Position numbers and translations under genes: made by a program
Part shown: positions 17,573 through 26,923 of the stretch, piece by piece
Layout: every line of letters begins with the position of its first letter
How positions within the stretch are numbered: position 1 is the first letter of the stretch
Notes under the pieces: model-generated
Told to the model about the DNA's origin: nothing
The model's input: only the letters and a program-made list of their open reading frames with translations
Database searches by the model: none
From: Chloroflexota bacterium
GTDB lineage: Bacteria; Chloroflexota; Dehalococcoidia; Bin125
NCBI GenBank assembly: GCA_026705025.1
Contig: JAPPBN010000045.1
Span: forward strand, 162,166 to 226,165
Reading direction: 5' to 3'
DNA: 64,000 nucleotides

Positions 17573-19459
17573 ATGATGACTCGACGCCTTCAAATGTTCA
17601 GCGTGGGAGCTCTGGTGATCGGGCTTACGGTCGCCGCGGTCCTCTTGAGCGGCGCCATTCCGCTTGATTTCGCGGCCAGTGAGAATCACGGCACTGGCGA
17701 GATCGACGTGCGCATTCAGGCGCGGCAAACCCAGAGCGGGCGAGTCGAAGTCCGCGCACAATCCAGCGTCGCGGACAGTGAGTGGACGACCCACACTCCG
17801 AAGGCCCGGCTCCTACCGAGTGATGCTGAGCCCGGACGCTGGTACTCCAGCAGTTCGTTCGCAGTCAGCGTTGCTGATCCGGTTCCCGATGTCACCGATC
17901 CAGCCGGATACACCAAGTGGTTCGTCGAACAGGCGATCGCGCGATACGAACGCGACGGACGCGAGGCGATGCTCGCCTACTACAACTCCCCGCAGAGCGT
18001 CGACGGTCAGTGGTACATGTTCATCATGGACGAGGACGATGTCGTCGTTGCACACCGGAATCAAGACTTGATCGGTGTGCCGGGTGTGGATGTCAACGGA
18101 CCAGACGGTTATCCAGCCGGCCGGATGGTGATCGAGGTCGCCAGCGTTGAAGGCTCCTGGGTCGACTACCAGTTCCACAACCCGGAGACGGGTCGTGGCG
18201 AGATTAAGCACTCCTGGATTGTGCGCCAGGATGGCCTGATCTTCGGCTCCGGCTGGTACGAGTCTGCGCCGTCGAAGACGGACGACCCGGGGGGCTACAC
18301 GAAGTCATTCGTCGCACGTGCGATTGAGCTGTACGACGTGCTCGGCCGGGACGCATTGATTGAGTACTACAACACTGCCGAGAGCGTCGACGGACCCTGG
18401 TATGTCTTCGTGATCGGCGAGGACGGGCGCAACGTCGCCCACCAGGTTCGCGACTTCATTGGTCTGGTAGCTGCCGAAGTTGACATTGACGGCTACCCGG
18501 CCGGTGCGATGGTTGTCGCCGTGGCCAGCGAAGAAGGCGCGTGGGTCGATTACTGGTACACCAACCTGGAGACCAATCGCTCGGAGACCAAGCACTCCTG
18601 GGTGGTCAAGCACGACGGCCTAATCATCGGCTCCGGTTGGTACGAGGAAGGGCCCTCCACAGAGCATGCGCCGGGCGCCTACACCCAGTCGTACGTGCAG
18701 CGGGCGCTGGAGCTGTACCGGGTGTTGGGCCGCGATGCCACGTTCGAGTACTACAACTCCCAGGAAAGCATCGACGGCGAGTGGTACCTCTTCATCCACA
18801 ACGTGGACGGCACTCGTCTGGTCAACGGCGCACGCGCCGACCGGCCGGGCTGGCTGGGCAGCAACCTGCACGGCACCGGCGTCGATGTCACCGGCTACGA
18901 CTACACGGCCGACACGCTGTCGATCGAGACCAGCGGCTGGATCTCCTACGTCTTCCCGAATCCCGACGCAGAATTGCAGTACCAGCGCAAACACAGCTGG
19001 ATCTTGCGCCAGGGAGACCTGCTCTTCGGTTCGGGCTGGTACGACCGCAACTACGACCTTGCCGAGCAGGATCCTGCCGGATACGCCCGCGCTCTGGTGC
19101 AAGATGCAATCGACCGCTACGACGCCGATGGTCGCGAAGGGGTGATTGAGTATCACAACTCCCCGGAGAGCGTCGATGGCGAGTGGTACGTGAGCATCTA
19201 CGAACTCGACGGCACCCGGCTCGCGCATCCCTACTTACCGCTTGGAGAGAACGTGCTCGATGGCGGCCCCGATGTCACGGGCCGACACTTCCGCGAGGAG
19301 TTCATTGCGATCGAAGATCGCGGTTGGGTGAGCTATGTGTTCCTCAATCCGGACAGCGGCGAGCAGGAACAGAAGCACACCTGGGTCGTGCGGCATGGGG
19401 ACCTGTTCTTCGCGGCAGGCTGGTACGAGGCAGGCGCCTACGAGGCTCCAGAATCCTGA
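17573..19459 (+). CDS. Membrane-anchored extracytoplasmic protein with four tandem single-Cache (sCache_2-like) domains and no output domain
   Basis: N-terminal hydrophobic anchor (FSVGALVIGLTVAAVLLSGAI). Then four repeats of about 125 aa, each with the Cache pattern A..Y...G......YY......G.WY.F......G...AH......G.....G......(V/I).......G.WV.Y.F.NP..G.....KHSW(I/V).....L(I/F)FGSGWY (for example EGSWVDYQFHNPETGRGEIKHSWIVRQDGLIFGSGWYE). Start taken as the ATGATG at 17573; the track GTG at 17561 is rejected. Confidence 0.75.
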   Translation: MMTRRLQMFSVGALVIGLTVAAVLLSGAIPLDFAASENHGTGEIDVRIQARQTQSGRVEVRAQSSVADSEWTTHTPKARLLPSDAEPGRWYSSSSFAVSVADPVPDVTDPAGYTKWFVEQAIARYERDGREAMLAYYNSPQSVDGQWYMFIMDEDDVVVAHRNQDLIGVPGVDVNGPDGYPAGRMVIEVASVEGSWVDYQFHNPETGRGEIKHSWIVRQDGLIFGSGWYESAPSKTDDPGGYTKSFVARAIELYDVLGRDALIEYYNTAESVDGPWYVFVIGEDGRNVAHQVRDFIGLVAAEVDIDGYPAGAMVVAVASEEGAWVDYWYTNLETNRSETKHSWVVKHDGLIIGSGWYEEGPSTEHAPGAYTQSYVQRALELYRVLGRDATFEYYNSQESIDGEWYLFIHNVDGTRLVNGARADRPGWLGSNLHGTGVDVTGYDYTADTLSIETSGWISYVFPNPDAELQYQRKHSWILRQGDLLFGSGWYDRNYDLAEQDPAGYARALVQDAIDRYDADGREGVIEYHNSPESVDGEWYVSIYELDGTRLAHPYLPLGENVLDGGPDVTGRHFREEFIAIEDRGWVSYVFLNPDSGEQEQKHTWVVRHGDLFFAAGWYEAGAYEAPES

Positions 19460-20172
19460 CCCGGAGCAAACCAGCTACTCCGTCTCCGACGCCACAGGTA
19501 AATTGCTGATCCAGCGCCAGCCGCGACAACGAACGCCAGCGTCACGCCGCCGATCAGCAGCGTCGTGTCAAAGAAGAACCGCTGCGGGAAGAGTTGAATC
19601 AGGCCATCACGGGAGCTGAGCTGCCACAGATCGTTGGTGAAGAAGAGCAGGTGAAACTGCCGGAACGCGGAGTCGAATCCGCTGATCCCGATGATGCCCA
19701 GCACCACCACCAGCAGCGCGACCACTCCGCAGGCGGACAGCGTCGATCTGGCCAGCGCCGTCGGCGCTTCTCGGCGTCGCCGACAAACGATCACAGCGAC
19801 GAAGGCGATGATGAACCCGAGAGCGGCCCAGCCGGCGTCGAATGTGCGAGCCATCAACCGCTTCACGTCGATCATGTGCAGGATCTCGCGCTCCGTGTAG
19901 AAGGGCTCTCCTGCCACATCGACGTCCAGACGCTCTTCGTCATTGGTCAGATAGTCGCGAGTCTCTTCTGCGACCCGCAGTACTTCCGCCTGTGACAGAC
20001 CGGTCCGGCCGGTAGCGTCATAACGCTCAAAGCCGCGCTCCCACCAGGACGCCGACGTTGTTGCGTATCGCACCGAGAAGGCGACCGGCAGGGTGAAGAG
20101 AGCGATGGCCAATGCAACTTCGGCCAGCATGCGGCCGATGCGGAGCGAGGCGTGTCGAGCGATAGGATTCAT
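19438..20172 (-). CDS. Integral membrane protein (DUF1461/TIGR01906-like)
   Basis: Two terminal hydrophobic helices flanking a soluble segment (…GEPFYTEREILHMIDVKRLM…). ATG at 20172. The family assignment is from memory of the pattern and is tentative. Confidence 0.55.
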   Translation of the reverse strand: MNPIARHASLRIGRMLAEVALAIALFTLPVAFSVRYATTSASWWERGFERYDATGRTGLSQAEVLRVAEETRDYLTNDEERLDVDVAGEPFYTEREILHMIDVKRLMARTFDAGWAALGFIIAFVAVIVCRRRREAPTALARSTLSACGVVALLVVVLGIIGISGFDSAFRQFHLLFFTNDLWQLSSRDGLIQLFPQRFFFDTTLLIGGVTLAFVVAAGAGSAIYLWRRRRSSWFAPGQDSGAS

Positions 20173-20208
20173 ATGTCGAGTAGAGCGTACTGAGCCTCGG
20201 AGTCTCCG

Positions 20209-21129
20209 ATGATGAAGCAACTGTCCGGAATCATCGAGGCCGCCGGACTGCAGGACGAATCGACCCTGGTCGTTTCCCGTTCCTCGAGTGAGCCGCCGGT
20301 CACGACCGGCGTGCTGCTGCTGCTGATCGATGACGAATCAGGCCTGCCCAACGCGTTACGCCATTATCCGCGGGGGCACGGGCTGCGGATCGTGGACGAC
20401 AACGACGCCATTAGCCGGACCACCGTCGATGAAGTCGTGGGCGGCGTCTGCCCGGGCATCACCGCGGCGATCCTTGACCCGATCGAGCTGTCCGATGTCA
20501 GGGACGCGCCCGACGGTGTTCGAGGGGTGATGGATCGTCTGCGCGACCCGGTCGACGGCTGTCCCTGGGACAACGCCCAGACCCACGAGAGCTTGCGCCC
20601 TCACCTGCTGGAGGAGACGTATGAGGTGCTTGAGGCCATTGCTTCAGGCGACTCGACGGAGCTCTGCGAGGAACTGGGCGATCTGATGATGCAGGTGGTG
20701 CTCCACGCCAAGCTGGCGGAGCAGGCGGGCGACTTCACGCTTGACGACGTGTCGGAGGGCATTCGAGCCAAACTGGTGCGGCGGCATCCGCATGTCTTCG
20801 GCGACGGCATGGCGGACACGCCGAAGCTGGTCGAGGGCGCCTGGGAACGGCTCAAGGCGCGCGAACGCCCGAATCGAGAATCCGTCCTGGACGGCGTCCC
20901 CAGGACGCTGCCGGCTCTGGCCCGGGCCCAGTCGATCCTCGGTCGGGCGGAACGCAATGGGTATGGTCGCAAGTCAAGCAAGTCGAAGGAGCTCGGTGAG
21001 CGCTTGCTCAATCTGGTGCAGGAGGCGCGGGACGCCGACCTGGCGGCAGAAGACGTACTTCGCGACGCCCTGGATGCGTTCGAACGGGGCATCCGCCAAC
21101 AGGAAGCGCAGCAGCGTCCGGAGTCCTAG
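20209..21129 (+). CDS. mazG: MazG-family nucleoside triphosphate pyrophosphohydrolase (actinobacterial-type with N-terminal extension)
   Basis: MazG core …GCPWDNAQTHESLRPHLLEETYEVLEAI… followed by EELGDLMMQVVLHA, preceded by an N-terminal extension of about 110 aa. The stop overlaps the convergent uvrD stop region. Confidence 0.8.
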   Translation: MMKQLSGIIEAAGLQDESTLVVSRSSSEPPVTTGVLLLLIDDESGLPNALRHYPRGHGLRIVDDNDAISRTTVDEVVGGVCPGITAAILDPIELSDVRDAPDGVRGVMDRLRDPVDGCPWDNAQTHESLRPHLLEETYEVLEAIASGDSTELCEELGDLMMQVVLHAKLAEQAGDFTLDDVSEGIRAKLVRRHPHVFGDGMADTPKLVEGAWERLKARERPNRESVLDGVPRTLPALARAQSILGRAERNGYGRKSSKSKELGERLLNLVQEARDADLAAEDVLRDALDAFERGIRQQEAQQRPES

Positions 21130-23408
21130 GCCCGTGTGAGATTGGCCATCGAGGCAAGCAGTCGCTTGACCCCGGTTTCGGCGAATCGCACTGTTACTTC
21201 GGCGTCGCGACCGATGGTTCGCAGTGAGATCACGACTCCGTGTCCGAAGATCTCGTGCGACACTTCGTCGCCTTCTTTGAGGCCCACCGATGGCGCGGCC
21301 TCCGGTTCCGGATCGAATGAATCGAAGTCGTCCCAGCGCACAGTGCGATTGCGCGCTGGGCGGACATCGGCGCCGACCTGGGCCTGCTGTCGCTGATGGC
21401 GCTGCACCAGGTCCTCGGGGATGTCGGCGAGGAACCTCGACGGTGGATTGTGTCCGGAACGCCCCTGGTATGAACGCCGGAAGGCGTGCAGCAAATGGAG
21501 CTCCCGCATGGCGCGAGTCATGCCGACGTAGCAGAGCCGTCGTTCTTCCTGTAGCTGGACCGGATCGTCAATCGAAAGCTGATGCGGCAGCAGGTACTCC
21601 TCCATGCCGACCATGAATACGACCGGAAACTCCAGTCCCTTGGCCTGATGCAGCGTGATCAGTGTGACGGCATCGGGAGGACCGTCCGGTAGGTCATCGA
21701 CGTCGGCGACCAGGGCGACGTCCTCGAGGAATGCATCCAGCGCCGCGCCCGGTGCGATCTCGGAGTAGTTCTCGGTCACCGTGATCAGTTCCTGGACATT
21801 CTCCCAGCGGCTCTCGGCTTCGGTCTCGCTGTCCGACTGACGGACCAGCCATTCGCGGTAGCGAGTCTTGACCAGGAGCGCCCGAAGCGCGTCCGAGAGC
21901 GGCTCCTTCGAGGCTTGCAGGCGGGCGTCCTCAATCAGCGAGACGAACTCGCGAAGCGAACCGGCCGCTCGGCGAGAGACTTCCGGCGGGGTCAGGTAGC
22001 CGCCAAGGGCGTCGCTGTCGAGTCCGGCCGCGGCCTGGGCCGCCTGGTACGGCGATCGGGCATGGGTGGACGCCCAATCGGTCAGCATCTCAATCGACTT
22101 CGCGCCGACCCCGCGGGTCGGCACATTGACGACTCGGGCGAACGCAACGGCGTCCGCCGGATTGCGCACGAGTCGCAGATAGGCCAAAAGGTCCCGCACT
22201 TCACGGCGGTCGTAGAAGCGCGTGGCACCGATCAGACGATAGGGAATCCCGTGCTGGACGAGCGATTCCTCGATGGCCCGCGACTGCGCGTTGGTGCGAT
22301 AGAGCACGGCGGCGTCACCGGGCCGAAGGACGCCTTCGCGCACGCCTCTCTCGACATGACTGGAGATGTACTCCGCTTCGTCGGACTCGCTGTACGCCTC
22401 ATGCAGACACGGCAGTGCTCCGCCGCGGTTATCCGTGACCAACCGCCGCTTGATCCGGTCGGCGGCGCGGTCGATCACGGCATTGGCGGCGTCAAGGATT
22501 TGCTGTGTGGATCGGTAGTTGTTGTTGAGCTGGACCTCCGTCGCGTCCTGGTGATCGCGCAAGAAGTAGTTCAGGTTGCGAATGTCGGCCGAACGCCAGG
22601 AATAGATCGATTGATCCGGGTCGCCGACGACGGTCAGATTTCCGCTGCCGCCCGACCACGCGCGCGCCAGCTGGTACTGAACCGTCGACGTGTCCTGGAA
22701 CTCGTCAACTAGGACATGGTCGAATCGCTCTTCATAGCTGCGCCGAATGTGCTCGTGGTGGAACATCTCAAGCGTCTTCAGCAAGAGGTCGTCGAAGTCG
22801 AGCGCCGCAGCGTCTCGGAGCGAAGCTTCGTAGCGTTCCCAGACTCGCGCCGCGATCTCATCGAAGTAGGAGCCGGTTGATGAACTGAAGGCAGTGAGTG
22901 CGTCGCCTTCCGATTTCGCTTTCGAGATCCTGCTCAGCAATGCCCGCGGGGCGTACTGCTTCGGATCTATCTGCAGGTCCTTGAGTGCGCTACGCACGAC
23001 CTGCATCTGATCGTCACTGTCAAAGATGACGAAGTTGCGGGGCACACCGACCTCCTGGCCCTGCGATCGCAGCATGCGCACACAGATGCGATGGAAGGTT
23101 CCCAGCCAGACCCGATTGCTGTCGTCGTCCCCGATCAGCGACTCGAGCCTCGATCGCATTTCACGAGCAGCGCGATTAGTGAACGTCACCGCCAGAATCC
23201 GCCATGGCGGAGTGCCTTGCTCGATCAGCCAGGCGATTCGATGTGTAATCACCCTGGTCTTGCCCGAGCCGGGACCGGCGATCACCAGCAACGGGCCGTG
23301 CGGATAGGTCACCGCGTCGCGTTGTGCGTCATTCAGTTGGTCGAGATCGAGCGCGCTGGGCGAACGGGTGGTTCCGGTGCTCGGAAAATCGCTCATCGTT
23401 GCGAGCAT
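21126..23408 (-). CDS. uvrD: ATP-dependent DNA helicase UvrD/PcrA (SF1)
   Basis: Walker A AGPGSGKTRV, motifs Ia–VI (…VTFTNRAAREM…, …VDEFQDTS…, …YRSTQQIL…, …TLHQAKGLEFPVVF…); 760 aa. Confidence 0.9.
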   Translation of the reverse strand: MLATMSDFPSTGTTRSPSALDLDQLNDAQRDAVTYPHGPLLVIAGPGSGKTRVITHRIAWLIEQGTPPWRILAVTFTNRAAREMRSRLESLIGDDDSNRVWLGTFHRICVRMLRSQGQEVGVPRNFVIFDSDDQMQVVRSALKDLQIDPKQYAPRALLSRISKAKSEGDALTAFSSSTGSYFDEIAARVWERYEASLRDAAALDFDDLLLKTLEMFHHEHIRRSYEERFDHVLVDEFQDTSTVQYQLARAWSGGSGNLTVVGDPDQSIYSWRSADIRNLNYFLRDHQDATEVQLNNNYRSTQQILDAANAVIDRAADRIKRRLVTDNRGGALPCLHEAYSESDEAEYISSHVERGVREGVLRPGDAAVLYRTNAQSRAIEESLVQHGIPYRLIGATRFYDRREVRDLLAYLRLVRNPADAVAFARVVNVPTRGVGAKSIEMLTDWASTHARSPYQAAQAAAGLDSDALGGYLTPPEVSRRAAGSLREFVSLIEDARLQASKEPLSDALRALLVKTRYREWLVRQSDSETEAESRWENVQELITVTENYSEIAPGAALDAFLEDVALVADVDDLPDGPPDAVTLITLHQAKGLEFPVVFMVGMEEYLLPHQLSIDDPVQLQEERRLCYVGMTRAMRELHLLHAFRRSYQGRSGHNPPSRFLADIPEDLVQRHQRQQAQVGADVRPARNRTVRWDDFDSFDPEPEAAPSVGLKEGDEVSHEIFGHGVVISLRTIGRDAEVTVRFAETGVKRLLASMANLTRA

Positions 23409-23460
23409 ACCGGCGGAATCGACCTATAGTGGCGACAGCGGGGTGCAGCAGAGGCGATCC

Positions 23461-24063
23461 ATGCTCGACGGAGTCGGCATTTCCTGGCCGGGTGGTTCTC
23501 CCGAGAACACCGGCCTGATTCTCGCACTGATCGTTGGCGCATATTTTGTAGTGCTGTGGTTCTCAGCGGTCGTCTGGACCGCGAGGGACATTCACCAGCG
23601 CACCGTTGAGCCGATGGCGCAACTGGTGTTCACGCTGATCGTGCTGATCTTCAATTTCCCCGGACTGGTCGTCTATCGCGTGCTGCGACCGCCGTTGACC
23701 CTGCAGGAAGCCGAGGAGCACCGACTGGAGTCCAGCGCCTTGATGCGTGAACTGGAGCAAAGTCCTCCCTGCTCACGCTGCGGTTACCCGATCGCCGCCG
23801 ACTATCTCGCCTGTCCAAAATGCACTATTCAGCTTCGCCTGGCATGCGATCAGTGTGATCGGGTATTGGACCCGGATTGGCGAATTTGCCCGTGGTGCGT
23901 CGCGGAGATCCGCATTCCGTCTGATGACGCTCCCCCGCCGCCGAGCGCCCCGGCCGGAACCCCGCCGCGTGATATCGTCGCCGAAGCCAGCCGACCTCAG
24001 GCTTCTCAGAGCGCATCCGGAGCGACCAGTGTCCAGTCTTCGCGAGTCCCGACTTTCGATTGA
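23461..24063 (+). CDS. Membrane protein with C-terminal double zinc ribbon
   Basis: Two N-terminal TM helices, then CSRCGYPI...CPKC and CDQCDRVL...CPWC ribbons, then a Pro/Ser-rich tail. ATG at 23461 preceded by AGAGG; the longer track ORF start at 23368 overlaps uvrD. Confidence 0.65.
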   Translation: MLDGVGISWPGGSPENTGLILALIVGAYFVVLWFSAVVWTARDIHQRTVEPMAQLVFTLIVLIFNFPGLVVYRVLRPPLTLQEAEEHRLESSALMRELEQSPPCSRCGYPIAADYLACPKCTIQLRLACDQCDRVLDPDWRICPWCVAEIRIPSDDAPPPPSAPAGTPPRDIVAEASRPQASQSASGATSVQSSRVPTFD

Positions 24064-24871
24064 CGGGGTGGCCGGAGTCGTGACCAGCGCCGGCGACTCC
24101 GACAGTGCCGAAGCTGTCGTTTGCCTGCATAGCGTGCCCGGTTCCGGGCGCGAGTTCCAGTGGCTGCTGCCGGAGACTGCGAAGCTCGCGCGCTCGATCG
24201 CCTTCGACCTGCCGGGATTCGGGAGGGCCGACAAGCCACGTGACTTCCCTTACTCAATCGAGGGTTATCAGCAATGGCTCGCTCCGGCGATTGACGAGTT
24301 GGGGATTAGACGTGCGCACCTTGTCTTGCACAGCTTTCACAGCCAGACGGGGCTGATGTGGGCGGCGATGAACCCTGACCGGTGCGCCTCGGTCACACTG
24401 CTCGACGGCGGGATCCTCGAGGACTATCCGGGCAACCTGGTCGCCAACATCTGGCGCAAGAAGTACGCCGGCGAGATTCTGCAGTTCATCACCACCCGCC
24501 CAATGTTCAAGCTGTTCATGCGGCTGGGCAATCCTCGCGGCCTCAACCCGGAGTGGTTGGATGAGCTCATCACTGAAGACGACCGAGCCACGCGCCGCGT
24601 GACGCTGGAGCTCTACCGCAACACCAACTTCGACGACGCGAAGATCCTGCGCCAGGCACTCGCGCCGCGCGACGTTCCAGCCCTCGTCATCTTCGGCAGG
24701 AACGATCCGTTTATCAGCTGGCGCTATGCCGAGCGCCAGCGGGAGACGTTCGCGGACGCCGATATCCACGTATGGGACGACTGCGGCCACTTCCCCCACG
24801 TCCAGCATCCGGAGCGGACGGCGGAGACAGTGACCGCGTTCCTGCAGACCGTGGTCGGGTCGGCTGGCTAG
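24029..24871 (+). CDS. Alpha/beta-hydrolase fold protein
   Basis: HSVPGSG oxyanion region, nucleophile elbow LHSFHSQTG (G-x-S/H-x-G variant), C-terminal …DDCGHFPHVQ… His region. There is no in-frame ATG after the upstream stop, so the start is GTG at 24029 (GGAG 9 nt upstream) or GTG at 24068. The track start at 23747 is rejected. Confidence 0.72.
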   Translation: MSSLRESRLSIDGVAGVVTSAGDSDSAEAVVCLHSVPGSGREFQWLLPETAKLARSIAFDLPGFGRADKPRDFPYSIEGYQQWLAPAIDELGIRRAHLVLHSFHSQTGLMWAAMNPDRCASVTLLDGGILEDYPGNLVANIWRKKYAGEILQFITTRPMFKLFMRLGNPRGLNPEWLDELITEDDRATRRVTLELYRNTNFDDAKILRQALAPRDVPALVIFGRNDPFISWRYAERQRETFADADIHVWDDCGHFPHVQHPERTAETVTAFLQTVVGSAG

Positions 24872-26205
24872 TCGGTCGCTCCCAACTCGACAGCGAGGTT
24901 GGCCGTCTTCTTCATCTGTTCGAAGCGTTCCATCTGCTCGCGAGCGCGTTCTTCGGCGCCTTCGTGGTGGAAGTCGGACTCGCTTTGCGTTTCGCTGGCG
25001 ACGACATCGAAGCCGTACGGACCGTAGGTCGGGATGTCGTCGTCGGAGAGTTCCGCCATCATCTCGTTGCGCTCGGTCTTGCGCTTGAACGCTTCCTCGA
25101 TGTACGGCGCGAGCTCTTCCTGCTTCTTCGCCTCTCGTTCTGCCTCGAACTCCTTGAATTCGGGCATCACATCGCGGGCAAAGATCTCGAGTGACTCGCA
25201 GATGTGTTCGTGGCGGTTGTTGCCGGCTTGCTGGATGAAGACCGACTGGTCGACGCCGCAGTCGGAGAAGATGCGCAGATGCTCGCGCAGCTCGTCAGGC
25301 GTGCCGATGCCGCCCTCGCCGCCCTGCGGCGCCCAGGTGTCGCGCACATGCTCCCAGGCCTTCCAGATGTTGGTCCGGCCCGGCTTGTGCATGCCGGCGG
25401 CGTAGTGGTGACCCAGCGCATATTGGAAGAAGCGGAAGCCGTCGCCGCCGCGGGCCTCGGCCTCGGCCGCGTCCGGGTGAACCGAGAACGACGAAACCAT
25501 CGCGATGTTCGCGTTGACCGAGTGTCCAATCGGCACGCACTCGGTCTTGATCGTTTCGTAGTAGTCGTTGACCCAGTGTTCGGCCTCAGCCGGGTCGATG
25601 AATGCGAAGGTCAGGGCGCCGATTCCGAGCTTGGCCGCGAGGTGGATGGTGTCGCGGTTGGAGCAGGCGACCCAGAGCGGCGGGTGCGGCTTCTGCACCG
25701 GCTTGGGCACGACGTTGCGCGTGGGCATGGAGAAGTACCGGCCCTCGTATCCGGGATACGGGTTCATGGCCAGCATGTTGGCGACCTGCTCGACGGTCTC
25801 GAGCCACATCGAGCGGCGTTCCTCGGGGTTAATCCGATAGCCCTCGAGCTCGGCTCGCGAGGCGGACTCGCCGGTGCCGAAGTCGACTCGGCCGTTGGAG
25901 ACGAGGTCGAGCGTGGCAATCCGCTCGGCCACGCGCGCGGGGTGGTTGTAGCCCGGCGGCATGAGCACGATGCCGTGGCCCAGGCGGATGTTCTTCGTCC
26001 GCTGCGACGCAGCGGCGAGGAAGACCTCGGGCGCGGAGGAGTGGGAATACTCCTCGAGGAAATGGTGCTCGACCTCCCAGGCGTGGTCAATGCCCAGGTT
26101 GTCCGCGAGTTCGACCTGGTCCAGCGCGTCCTGGAAGAGTTGCTGTTCCTGTCCCTCGCTCCATGGCTTGGGCAGTTGGTGTTCGTAGAAGATGCCGAAT
26201 TTCAT
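24868..26205 (-). CDS. LLM-class flavin/F420-dependent oxidoreductase (long form, 445 aa)
   Basis: Luciferase-like monooxygenase barrel (MKFGIFYEHQLP…GIDHAWEVEHHF…) with a long acidic C-terminal extension. Confidence 0.8.
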   Translation of the reverse strand: MKFGIFYEHQLPKPWSEGQEQQLFQDALDQVELADNLGIDHAWEVEHHFLEEYSHSSAPEVFLAAASQRTKNIRLGHGIVLMPPGYNHPARVAERIATLDLVSNGRVDFGTGESASRAELEGYRINPEERRSMWLETVEQVANMLAMNPYPGYEGRYFSMPTRNVVPKPVQKPHPPLWVACSNRDTIHLAAKLGIGALTFAFIDPAEAEHWVNDYYETIKTECVPIGHSVNANIAMVSSFSVHPDAAEAEARGGDGFRFFQYALGHHYAAGMHKPGRTNIWKAWEHVRDTWAPQGGEGGIGTPDELREHLRIFSDCGVDQSVFIQQAGNNRHEHICESLEIFARDVMPEFKEFEAEREAKKQEELAPYIEEAFKRKTERNEMMAELSDDDIPTYGPYGFDVVASETQSESDFHHEGAEERAREQMERFEQMKKTANLAVELGATD

Positions 26206-26239
26206 ACGCGACTCCGTTTCGTGTCGGGTTGGATTGAGT

Positions 26240-26923
26240 CTACGAGACGACGACGATTTCTCGGCCCTGGAGGATCACCGTGGCCTCCGGATCGATCAGC
26301 GGCGGGAAGGGATCGCCCGGCTCGTCGGAGGGCGGTATGCCCTTGAGCGCCGACTCGGCGTCCGTGTACCAGAGTTCGGCGACGCCGTCCCAGGGCCCGC
26401 CCTCGACGCCGTGATTGGCGTGCGAAGTGGTGTAGCGCAGGCAGCGGCCATCGGCGCGGGCGATGCTGTTGGCGACCCTTGGCGAATGGCCGTCGCTCCA
26501 GGCTGCGAACAGTTCTTCGCGCGTGACGCCCTCGCCCATCTTGACGAATGCCACCCACTTGCAGGCGTCATCCGGCGGCTCCGAGTCGACGATGATGTTC
26601 TCGGTCGTGAACAAGCCGTCTGTTGTCGGCTCGATCAGATCGCCGAAGCCATCGACCCCGCGCAACGCGCCTCGCTGTTCGCCAAAGGCCTGGTTGAAAT
26701 GTTCGAAGTCGCGGAACCAGAGTTCGGCGACTCCGTCGTAGGGCATCTCGTCGGTCGCCGGCGGTCCGCCGAGCGATCCGGGATTTTCGAAGAAGGTGAC
26801 GCAGTAGCGGACGGGCTTGGCCAGGTTGGCGACGTGCGGTGCGTGGATGCACTGCCAGAACTCGTAGAAGGTGTCGCGGTCGACGCCTTCTTTCTTCGTG
26901 ACGGGAACGATCCATTTCAACAT
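26240..26923 (-). CDS. Tandem EthD/Dabb-like domain protein
   Basis: Two repeats of the EthD-like pattern (…DGVAELWFRDFE… and …DGVAELWYTDAE…); 227 aa. Co-oriented with the downstream LLM gene. Confidence 0.7.
   Translation of the reverse strand: MLKWIVPVTKKEGVDRDTFYEFWQCIHAPHVANLAKPVRYCVTFFENPGSLGGPPATDEMPYDGVAELWFRDFEHFNQAFGEQRGALRGVDGFGDLIEPTTDGLFTTENIIVDSEPPDDACKWVAFVKMGEGVTREELFAAWSDGHSPRVANSIARADGRCLRYTTSHANHGVEGGPWDGVAELWYTDAESALKGIPPSDEPGDPFPPLIDPEATVILQGREIVVVS

Noticed and set aside
20209-23408. MazG + UvrD-like helicase as a candidate anti-phage defence pair
   Set aside because: Both look like the housekeeping versions (MazG with actinobacterial-type N-terminal extension; full-length PcrA/UvrD with all SF1 motifs). 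They are convergent rather than co-transcribed, and no other defence-island hallmarks are nearby.
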